From NCBI GenBank assembly GCA_963829575.1, contig CAWHJF010000021.1, positions 160,767 through 224,766 on the forward strand: a DNA stretch of 64,000 nucleotides, given 5' to 3'. Positions 18,655-27,392 of the stretch are shown piece by piece. The position numbers and the translations under genes were made by a program. The DNA is from an uncultured Sporolactobacillaceae bacterium. GTDB taxonomy: Bacteria > Bacillota > Bacilli > Bacillales > Sporolactobacillaceae. The notes below the pieces were generated by a model. It did no database searches and was not told the DNA's origin. It was given only the letters and a program-made list of their open reading frames with translations. How positions within the stretch are numbered: position 1 is the first letter of the stretch; each line of letters opens with the position of its first letter.

Positions 18655-20929
18655 AAGACAGAACATCCTTTAATCGTTGAAGAAGCTCTACCACAACCCG
18701 TTTGTTGTTAAGGGTAGTGGGTCCTTCATTCATCCCGACACAAGATGGACAACCGGCTTCACATGGGCAACGTTCTAATACCCCTTCAACCGATTCCAAT
18801 AAATGAAACAGTTGGTCATAGAGCTTTTCACTAAGCCCTATGCCACCTGGATAGCGGTCATACAAAAAAAGCGACGGCTTTTCATTATGGTTGGCCTTAA
18901 TTTTGGGAACCACTTCAAGGTCAATAGGATCGCACATGACAAAAAGCGGAGCCGTGTGACGTAAGACCTCCGCCATCCCCACCAAAGCCCGTTCGAAGGG
19001 CTCTCGTCCATATTCTTCTAACCAGGACGGATCAAAACTAATCCAGGCAGAAGTGGTGTGCATTTCTTCTTCTGGTAGATGAATCGGTCCCCAACCGATG
19101 TTGTCATGGGTTTCAAAACGAATTTTTTTAAACAGAGTCGCTTTGGCTCGTACAGTGACTTCACCATAGGCCCGTTCAATCCCGGCTCCTAACTGTTCAA
19201 GCTTGTCTTCTTCTAATACATCCAGCTGAACCGCTAAATTGGCATCTGTGTAGTAATTGATGTCGACCTGACGAACAAAAGCTTTCTTTTCTTCCCAATC
19301 AAGCGTTTCAACTTGATATTGTTCCCCCTGATGCATGTAGATCGCTTCTTCATGCAGGAGTGTCATCGCACTGAACCGATCCATCTCCCCGAGCACTTTC
19401 ACATGCGCTTGTTCGGTTTGATCGATGATGACGACATTCTCTTGAGTAGCGGAACGCAGGCTTATATTCGTTGCTGGAAACGCATCGTTCATCCAATACC
19501 ATTTGCCACCTTGAAGGTGGAGAACATCTTGATCGCTCAAATACGTGCAAATGTCCACCACTTCCACTCCATCAAAGGTGTCTTCTTCAGAAAATGGCAA
19601 CTCATACGCCGCACATTTAATGTGGTCAACCAGAATGATCAGGTTGTTTGGATTAATCCGGGCTGATTCTGGGCTACGTTCAAAAAAATAGTCCGGATTT
19701 TGGATAATGTATTGATCAAGTGGATTGGAGGTTGCAACGAGCACAATCACAGCCTCGTCTTTCCTCCGTCCTGCTCGTCCGGCTTGTTGCCATGTGCTCG
19801 CCACGGAACCAGGGTAGCCTGTCATAATACAAGCTTGAAGTTGGCCGATGTCCACACCCAGTTCTAGAGCATTGGTACTGACCACACCTTGAATTTCCCC
19901 ATTACGCAGGCCTTTTTCAATTTCTCGTCGCTCAGACGGCAGGTACCCTCCTCGATAAGCCCGAATGTTGGCCCGATTGACCCGACCGACATTCATCGTC
20001 TGTAGGTAGTTTAAAAGAAGTTCCACACGCGTCCGACTTCTTGCAAACACAATAGTTTGAACGTCATTCTTCAAAAAGCGTTGGGCAAGTTTTCTTACTT
20101 CGAGCGTTGCGCTCCTGCGTATGTTCATGACTGGATTGACCACTGGTGGATTATAAAAGATAAAATGCTTCTTAACCGCTGGTGCACCATTTTGATCAAT
20201 GAGAGTCATGGATCGACCGGTAAGTGCTTCGGCGTGGTCCTTTGGATTCGCAATCGTTGCCGATGTACAAATAAAAATAGGATTCGATCCGTAATAGTTA
20301 CAAATCCGTTTCAAACGTCTTAAAACATTGGCGACGTGCGAACCAAACACGCCACGATACGTGTGCAATTCATCAATGACGATGTAATGCAAATTCTCAA
20401 ATAGCGATACCCACTTTGTATGATGAGGCAAAATTCCTGAATGCAACATATCTGGATTCGTCATAACGATATGACCCGCGACACGAATTTTTTGCCGAAT
20501 CGCGCTCGCGGTATCCCCATCATACGTATAGCTGTTAAGTTGTACGCCCATTTCCTCAATCATCTCGTTCATTTCACTTTTTTGATCTTGGGCAAGTGCT
20601 TTTGTCGGAAAAAGGTAAAGAGCTCGGCGTGTTGGGTCTTGGAGAATGGTTTGCAACACAGGTAGATTATAGCAAAGGGTTTTCCCAGAGGCGGTTGGCG
20701 TTACGGCCACTACATCGCTGCCTTTGGTGGCCAGATCAAAGGCTTGGCACTGATGCGAATAAAGGGACGGCACGCCTCTTTTGGTAAGGGCGTCCACAAG
20801 CCGTTGGTCCATTTGAATAGGGAACGGGACATTCTTTGCCTTTTGCTCCGGAATTGTTTTCCAATACGCGACATTTGGGTCCAATTTCAGGGTTTGTAGT
20901 AGATCTGCCATTGACTCTCTTGCTTTCAT
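18644..20929 (-). CDS. mrfA: DEAD/DEAH-box helicase with C-terminal DUF1998 Cys cluster (YprA/MrfA)
   Basis: Walker A (TPTASGKTLCY), DEAH-type box (VIDELH), motif VI (QQAGRAGRR), and a C-terminal CPCEAGCPSC zinc cluster are present. The conserved partner yprB lies downstream. Confidence 0.88.
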   Translation of the reverse strand: MKARESMADLLQTLKLDPNVAYWKTIPEQKAKNVPFPIQMDQRLVDALTKRGVPSLYSHQCQAFDLATKGSDVVAVTPTASGKTLCYNLPVLQTILQDPTRRALYLFPTKALAQDQKSEMNEMIEEMGVQLNSYTYDGDTASAIRQKIRVAGHIVMTNPDMLHSGILPHHTKWVSLFENLHYIVIDELHTYRGVFGSHVANVLRRLKRICNYYGSNPIFICTSATIANPKDHAEALTGRSMTLIDQNGAPAVKKHFIFYNPPVVNPVMNIRRSATLEVRKLAQRFLKNDVQTIVFARSRTRVELLLNYLQTMNVGRVNRANIRAYRGGYLPSERREIEKGLRNGEIQGVVSTNALELGVDIGQLQACIMTGYPGSVASTWQQAGRAGRRKDEAVIVLVATSNPLDQYIIQNPDYFFERSPESARINPNNLIILVDHIKCAAYELPFSEEDTFDGVEVVDICTYLSDQDVLHLQGGKWYWMNDAFPATNISLRSATQENVVIIDQTEQAHVKVLGEMDRFSAMTLLHEEAIYMHQGEQYQVETLDWEEKKAFVRQVDINYYTDANLAVQLDVLEEDKLEQLGAGIERAYGEVTVRAKATLFKKIRFETHDNIGWGPIHLPEEEMHTTSAWISFDPSWLEEYGREPFERALVGMAEVLRHTAPLFVMCDPIDLEVVPKIKANHNEKPSLFLYDRYPGGIGLSEKLYDQLFHLLESVEGVLERCPCEAGCPSCVGMNEGPTTLNNKRVVVELLQRLKDVLSYVS

Positions 20930-21122
20930 AGTAATCATCCTTCTTACTTCGTTCGTGTCCGAAAATCGATTATCTTCATCATAGCGAATATCTGTTCGAA
21001 TAGGAAGCGAAAACCCTCTATTTTTAAGATGAAAAAATAGGAAAAATTAAAAGACAGATCTTAGATCAAAAGCGATCTAAGATCCATCCCTGTAAACAAA
21101 TGGATAGCTTTACATTCTATGA

Positions 21123-21510
21123 TCAAGAAACAAGTGGAAGGGAAATCGTAAAGGTCGTCCCTTTATTCACTTCACTCTCAATCTTGTTGCTTTCATAATG
21201 AAACGCCATCGTCTGATAAAAGGTATCGAGGTGTAATTCTATATCTTTAGAATTTGCCTCAACCATAAGAAGGACAATGACTTCTTGAATCATTTGAATC
21301 CAATTATACCGTTAAAGTTGGTTGGAATGTGGTTTCGCTAAAGTTAGAAGATCGCTTGAAATTGGCTCGACCCTTGATCGTTCATCTTCACTCACATTGT
21401 AATCCATCTCTATTCCCTTGGTTTTATAAGTAAATGGAAAAACCCTTTCATGGCTGTTCGCGAAGTGCGTAATTCATGGACAATACGCGCCGCACATTCA
21501 CATTTTCCAG
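21123..21510 (-). pseudogene. Decayed histidine kinase remnant
   Basis: Minus-strand fragments in different frames read ..IVHELRTSRTAMKGFF.. (H-box) and ..IQMIQEVIVLLMVEANSKDIELHLDTF..NKIESEVNKGTTFTISLPLVS*. The ATP-binding core is missing. A terminator hairpin GATCTTAGATC..GATCTAAGATC lies at 21061-21088. Confidence 0.5.
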
Positions 21511-21527
21511 AGTGAATTAGGAGACGC

Positions 21528-23625
21528 TCATTTTCCTTTCAGACTACTTTTAATAACTGTCCAGTTGGTCGTTGGTCGTTGACAGACGTGATGTTCACAT
21601 AGAAAGTAAGTGGTGTTTCCATCCATCAGAGCAAAGTCGCGAGTAAACGACGCCAACTCTTCAAGTGTCGCTTTTTTCCCAACAAGGCTTAACACTTCAG
21701 GGTGAAACGCGGCGTTCCATTTTTTAAAAGAAGACTCTGGGAATCCCTCTTTGAAATCGATTTGATCTTCAGGCTCTAAAACCACCAATTCTTTTGTTCC
21801 GCCCTTCGCCAATAGATAAGACATGAGTAAAAAGGTATGACCGATCGGATAACGATTGGCATCGGCACCGAATCGGTTGAACATCTTGTCCACGTACATC
21901 TCAAGATCAAGGTCGCCGGTACGTCGTGCGAGCTTCAATAGTGTGAAAGACGCCACGCTGTTTCCCGATGGAATCGCCCCATCATAAATGTCTTTCGGAC
22001 GGGTAAACAACTCGTCTGTTTCTCGGCTCAGAAAGAACCCAAAATTTTCATGATCCCAAAACGTTCGGATCATATCGTCCGCCCACGTTTTCATCTTATT
22101 GAGATAAGTGCCCTCGAAAGTAGCTTCATAAAGGGCGTCACAGGCCCACAACATAAACGCATAATCATCTAAGTAACCCTCATAACGCACGTCACCCTCG
22201 CGATAACGGGCCATCCAGCGTCCATCTTGGAGGAGCATTTTTTCCAAAAACTCGAATGCTTTTGTGGCGGCATTCAGGTATTTGAAGTCTCCAAAAGCTT
22301 GATACGCCTTTGCAAGGGCTGTGATCATTAATCCATTCCAAGAGGTGAGGATCTTATCATCTTTATGTGGGTGGATGCGCGTTTCACGATGGTTAAAAAG
22401 TGCCTCACGACTTGAGGACAATCGTGACTTTAGTTCGTTTATTTCCATATCAAACTCCGATGCCGCCTCTTCTAGAGATGAGCTAATCAAGTGCGGAATG
22501 GACGCCCCCTCAAAGTTCCCCTGTCTTGTGATATTATATAGATTGCAGAAGAACGCACCTTCCTCATCCCCCAGCACATCCACGATCTCGTCCGGATTCC
22601 AGACATAAAACTTGCCTTCAACGCCTTCGGAATCGGCATCCTCCGCTGAATAAAAACCACCTTCTGGATCGGTCAATTTGTGCGTCACATACTGATAGAT
22701 TCCATCCACAATGTCTCGATAAAGTGGTTTTTGTGTGACCTGATAGGCTTCAGAGTAAGCGATCATCAACATCGCTTGGTCGTACAACATCTTCTCGAAA
22801 TGGGGAACCAACCACTCCCGATCCACCGAGTATCGAGCAAAACCACCACCCAGGTGATCCCATATTCCGCCACTCGCCATCCCATCCAAGGTTTTTTCAA
22901 CCAGTTTGAGGGCACGCGGTTCCTTATGTAAACGATGGATCCTAAGTAAATACATGAGTTGGTGAGGCGAGGGAAATTTAGGCTCTTGGCCAAACCCGCC
23001 ATAGACAGGGTCAAACGTATTTTTAAAATGTTCATAGGTCTTAGTGAGGATATTAGGTGCAATAGCCTCCGCCTCTTCTCCTGCTTTCTGCAAAGCCTCC
23101 ACAATCTGTTCACTTGCCTGAACGATCTGCGTCTGGTCTTCTTTGTATTGGGCGGATAATGATCTTAACACATCCATAAAACCAGGCTGTCCGTAGCGAC
23201 TTTCTTTCGGGAAATACATCCCCGCATAAAACGGTTTTTTATCGGGTGTTAGAAACACACTAAGCGGCCAACCACCATGTCCCGTTAACCCCTGACAGAC
23301 TGTCATATAGACCGAATCTAAATCCGGCCGTTCCTCGCGATCCACCTTAACTGAAACAAAATGCGCATTTAATAATTTTGCAACCTCTTCATCTTCAAAT
23401 GATTCGTGGGCCATTACATGGCACCAATGGCATGTGGACCAATGTCACCTCTAGGAATATCCGATGGATACAAACACTGGCTTGCCCTCCCGTTTGGCCT
23501 TCTGAAAGGCTTCAGGGCCCCATGCATACCAATCAACTGGGTTATGTGCATGTTGGAGTAAATAAGGCGATTTCTCATTGATTAAGCCTATTTGTATACC
23601 TCGGATCTTTTTTGTCTTTTACCAT
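21528..23625 (-). pseudogene. yyaL: YyaL-like thioredoxin-domain protein (DUF255 plus six-hairpin domain), interrupted near its 5' end
   Basis: ORF 21528..23414 begins at ..MAHESFEDEEVAKLLN.., which is internal to the family. Upstream in frame is [23 protein letters not shown], an 18-nt insert with TAG and TGA at 23436-23453. Further upstream the ATG at 23625 ([14 protein letters not shown]) is out of frame by 1 nt with [19 protein letters not shown]. Confidence 0.8.
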
Positions 23626-23783
23626 TTTAACACGTCCTTTTTCTGATTTTCCTTAGTAAAGATCTCCCTTTTTATGAGCGGCTCCATCAAGCCAGTTTAA
23701 TTTTTGGAGAAGCTTTACATTTTTATTTATCATAACATTAAAAAAGTGACGACACTTGGTCGTCACTTCTAATTTAACCATTA
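23413..23783. repeat. Direct repeat copy 1 (yyaL 5' end, its upstream region, and a terminator)
   Basis: Aligns by eye over its whole length with 25442-25795. It shares the 18-nt insert, the ...TTTTAACACGTCC.. block, GGCTCCATCAAGCCAGT, and the GTCGTCACTTCTAAT end. Confidence 0.85.
23741..23767 (-). terminator. Terminator of the 119-aa gene (inside repeat copy 1)
   Basis: AGTGACGAC-ACTTG-GTCGTCACT, with a T-run on the minus strand. Confidence 0.65.
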
Positions 23784-23793
23784 AAACAGATTT

Positions 23794-24123
23794 TTAGTTT
23801 AAGATATCAATTTCAATGCTTCTGAATCTTATATTGTCTTTTTTCTCCAACTCAATTAAATATTTCCCAAATTCAATTATAGTTGGATTTGAAATGTCAT
23901 CTAAATTTATAACTCTGTCTACATGAATCCATATTGACCTTGAATCCTCGAGAATAATTATTCCATTATACTCTGATTCAATTGATATTGATGCTATTAC
24001 AATTATTCCATCATAAGTTAAGAGAACATTATTATCATCTATTCTATAACCTGTATTTTTGGAAATATAATTCCCACCAGCCATTTCATCATATAAAATA
24101 AACGTCAAATCAACTTTTTCCAT
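23794..24123 (-). CDS. Hypothetical protein (109 aa from ATG 24123), AT-rich cassette gene
   Basis: The ORF has GGGGG 4 nt upstream of ATG 24123. No recognisable motif. It is divergent from the Abi gene. Confidence 0.5.
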   Translation of the reverse strand: MEKVDLTFILYDEMAGGNYISKNTGYRIDDNNVLLTYDGIIVIASISIESEYNGIIILEDSRSIWIHVDRVINLDDISNPTIIEFGKYLIELEKKDNIRFRSIEIDILN

Positions 24124-24352
24124 AGAACCCCCACGAATTAAATTAATTACCATACGTCTATATATTTTCTTAGAAGAATTAAAATAAAAGTGGAAATCTT
24201 ACCCAACGAACAAATTCATTTTTGGCTTTCTGGTCTCGTCTCTGTTTGAACGGCAAATTTGTTAAATAGGAGACGGAATGTAAAAACCTACTATTGATCT
24301 CGTATAGACAAACATCGTGGACGATTGCCACCATACTTCCTTTCGATTATAC

Positions 24353-24440
24353 TTGACTGATTATTAATACACCTTTAAAATATAGCTAACAGAACCCACC
24401 ACGCCTCTTTACAATGCGGACCACGGTGGGTCATTTTTTT
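24353..24440 (+). promoter_or_regulatory. Element E1: sigma-A-like promoter plus a short hairpin/T-run leader upstream of abi
   Basis: TTGACT (24353-24358), 17 nt, TAAAAT (24376-24381). Then ACCCACC...GGTGGGT followed by CATTTTTTT (24394-24440). A homologous copy lies at 26340-26424. Confidence 0.55.
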
Positions 24441-24460
24441 ATTTAAGGGGTTTATTTCTA

Positions 24461-25398
24461 ATGGACATTAGTAAAAATTTTAAAGAAATAAAAAATCCCA
24501 CTACCTTTAGTGAACAAATTGAACTGAACTCTATAAAAGCCGAAATTTAAAAATTGATGATATAGACTTTGCAGAAAACACCTTGAAGAGAATTAATTAT
24601 TATCGATTGCGAGGTTACACTTTAACTCTGATGGATCCTCAGAATAATGAGATCTTTGTAGACGGTAGCACATTTAATCAATTAATTTCGTTATATGAAT
24701 TTGATCGAAGACTTAGACAGTTATTTATGGCGTTCTTGGAAAGGATAGAAATTGCATTCCGTACACATATTACATACCATCTATCTCACTCATATGGTTC
24801 TTTGGGGTATACAAATAAAGAGGTCTTTATTAATGAAGATTTACACGAGGGCTTTCTCCTTGAGCTAGAAAAAGCCTTATTAAAAGGGAAAAATAGTGAA
24901 TCATTTGTAAAGCACTACTATGAGAATTATAACGGGGAATTTCCAATTTGGGTTGCTATTGAGGTTGCTTCATTTGGTACCATATCTAAATTATATAAAA
25001 ACCTAATACCTGAAATTAAGCAGGTCATCGGAAAAAACTATTATAATATCCCCTACTCTTATATTGAGAGTTGGTTGCAAACTCTATCAAACGTAAGAAA
25101 TGTTTGTGCTCATTATGGTAGATTATATAATAAAAATTTAACTTTTAAACCTCGTCTATTTAAAGAAGAAAGAAAAAACATAAATAATAATAAATTGTTT
25201 GCCGCAATCTATATTGCAATAAGACTGTTGACTAAGGTTGAAGGTAATAGATTTATTACTGATTTAGAGGCACTCATTCTCGAATATGAAAACCATGTTG
25301 ATTTTACATATATTGGACTACCCTTTGAATGGAAAGAACTCTTACTAATTATTAATTCTAGGAAACAAAGTAAAAATTCATCTTTTAACCTGAAATGA
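24461..25398 (+). pseudogene. Abi_2 (AbiD/AbiF-like) abortive-infection protein, disrupted by a 5-nt tandem duplication
   Basis: The main ORF has the Abi_2 hallmarks INYYRLRGY, SFGTISKLY and SNVRNVCAHYGRLYN. The N-terminus (MDISKNFKEIKNPTTFSEQIEL) is in another frame. GAACTGAACT at 24521-24530 is a duplicated GAACT, and removing one copy restores EQIELYKSRNLKIDD. Confidence 0.8.
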
Positions 25399-25441
25399 AA
25401 TGACAAACTTTAACTTAAAGATAAGACTACTATTCTACTCT

Positions 25442-25795
25442 ATTACATGACACGAATGACATGTGGACCAATGTCACCTCTAGGAATAGCCGTTGGAAAC
25501 AAACACTGGCTTGCCCTCCCGCTTCGCCTTTTGAAAGGCTTCTGGGCCCCACGCATACCAATCCACTGGGTTATGTGCATGTTGGAGTAAATAAGGTGAC
25601 TTCTATACCTCGGATTCTTTTTGTCTTTAAACATTTTAACACGTCCTTTGTTGGCTTTTTCTTAAGTTTTGATCCCCTTTTTTGGACGGCTCCATCAAGC
25701 CAGTGAAATTTTGGGGAAGCTTTACTTTTTATTTATTATAACAATAAAAACGTGACACTTGTCTTTAACTCGTCGTCACTTCTAATATAACCGTT
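25442..25795. repeat. Direct repeat copy 2 (orphan yyaL 5' fragment plus upstream region)
   Basis: The minus strand reads [60 protein letters not shown], after which homology stops. It has the same 18-nt insert (25465-25482) and lacks about 20 nt of the NRLINEK region. Confidence 0.85.
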
Positions 25796-25867
25796 ATTAT
25801 GTAGTTTGATTTTTCGATTTCTTTGATGATACCCTTCAAAATAATTAGTCATTTCGGCCCTTTCTAA

Positions 25868-26116
25868 TTAATTCATTTTTTCTAAATTATTTTTCATTGT
25901 ATCAAACAAGTCATCTATACTAAGCCCAGTTTTTGTACGAATTTTAAATAGTGTTGGTATAGACGGAAGTTCCAGTCCATTTTCTATCTTGCGTAGTTCT
26001 TCGACATCGATATCTATCAGAGCCGCAAATTCTTCTTCTGTCATGTCAATTTCCCCCCTTCTCTTTTCTCTTAAAACTTCTCCAAGTACAACTCTTATTC
26101 GTTCATCTTCGTTCAA
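25868..26116 (-). CDS. XRE-family helix-turn-helix protein
   Basis: The 82-aa protein has an HTH_XRE-like core (MTEEEFAALIDIDVEELRKIENGLELPSIPTLFKI). Confidence 0.7.
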   Translation of the reverse strand: MNEDERIRVVLGEVLREKRRGEIDMTEEEFAALIDIDVEELRKIENGLELPSIPTLFKIRTKTGLSIDDLFDTMKNNLEKMN

Positions 26117-26339
26117 ATTTATTCCTCCTTCAACATCAGCAATATTTTGTGGTGATTACATTGCGTTCATGAAGACAAAACTAAGGTTAAGGTTATGAAT
26201 ATGTCGATACTAAAGAGCCAATGCTTCAATGGATGTTTGAAAAAGATTGAAAGGCTATAAGTCAATTAGGTTATCTAATAAAGGATGGGACACAAACCAT
26301 TATAAAACTTTGTGTGCAAATAGAATTATTTTAAACTTC

Positions 26340-26424
26340 GTGACTGCTTATTAATATTTCTTTAAAATATATTAAACACCTCCCACGTCACTTCACAATG
26401 TGGACAACTATGGGTCATTTTTTG
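26340..26424 (+). promoter_or_regulatory. Element E2: orphan copy of the E1 promoter/leader with no plus-strand gene downstream
   Basis: GTGACT (26340-26345), 17 nt, TAAAAT (26363-26368). Then ..CCCACG..ACAATGTGGAC..TGGGTCATTTTTT. It is collinear with E1. Confidence 0.5.
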
Positions 26425-26489
26425 TAAATCATATGAGTTTAAATTATAGTTTGAAATGAATTAAGGATAAGGATAAGAATCAGACTCAA

Positions 26490-26880
26490 TTAGCTCTTAC
26501 TGAGGGATAATTCGAGGTTGTTTAAATCCAAAATAAAACCGCTCTTTAAAAGTATGTCTAAACCTAGTAATCCGCTATGTTCATTAGGCAAAATGGATAC
26601 ATCAATCTCAACGTTGCTTATTTTAAAATCCCCAATTTCTATGGAATCCATTTTCTTCGAATAAAAATGGACGTTTCCACCAATCCCATAAGCCTCATAA
26701 ACTGTGTCTCCATTCTCGTAGGAGACACCAATCTCCGACAAAAAATCTGGATTAATCACGGTGTGAGAAGATCCTGTATCAATGACAACGTTATTTGATC
26801 TCCATAGATTTCCCTCGAAAAGTAACATTTAATGTGGTGGTTATAAGTTGTCCATTATATTCAATTTCCGCGAATATACC
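26490..26880 (-). pseudogene. Retropepsin-like (clan AA) aspartic protease, frameshifted
   Basis: ORF 26490..26828 carries the VVIDTGSSHTVI active-site motif and GLLGLDIL. The expected N-terminal strand (AEIEYNGQLITTTLNVTFRGKSMEIK) lies in a different frame at 26810-26880 and is itself out of frame with the upstream ORF. Confidence 0.6.
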
Positions 26881-27115
26881 CCACTCTCATTAAAGGATCT
26901 TTTCTAATGTGGATAATTAATTCTTCATTAATTGTATGATAGATAATTCCATCTGGACCCGATTTAAAAAATTCTTGATTGGCTTCTTCATTCGTCAACG
27001 GCTTATTAATCGCTACATCATCCACAATTTTCAAATCTCCATCTTGATGAAAATCTAGAATGGAAACGAGAACAAATTGATTTGGAAATTTTTCTCTAAC
27101 CTCTTGCCATTTCAT
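26861..27115 (-). CDS. Small protein (84 aa), possibly DUF5678-like; may originally have been fused or coupled to the protease
   Basis: The ORF is MKWQEVREKFPNQFVLVSILD... The family assignment is from memory only. Confidence 0.4.
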   Translation of the reverse strand: MKWQEVREKFPNQFVLVSILDFHQDGDLKIVDDVAINKPLTNEEANQEFFKSGPDGIIYHTINEELIIHIRKDPLMRVGYIRGN

Positions 27116-27392
27116 CTAGATCACCCTTTCTTTCTCAAAATTATAAGATATTTTCGAAAAGGAGTCCATTAATAAAAATCTTAACGTGAGGCGTGTTATT
27201 AAGTTGAATCTATTAAACAAGATCATAATGATCTTCAACCTCTGCAAGCATATAAACCGGTTTTATTTGATCAAGCTCTTCTCGTGCGTCATTTCAAAAG
27301 TCAGTTGACACCCCTTGCGCATGATTGGCTCTATAGCCATCGACAATGCATCAAGCATCTCCACTCTCATATCCTGATTGGCAAAATTTAGC

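Noticed and set aside
18644-20929. DUF1998 helicase as part of a phage-defence system (DISARM/Druantia-like helicases share this domain)
   Set aside because: It is paired with the yprB-type exonuclease and embedded in the conserved ypsC-rnpB-gpsB-ypsA context. That fits the housekeeping MrfAB repair pair of B. subtilis rather than a defence island.
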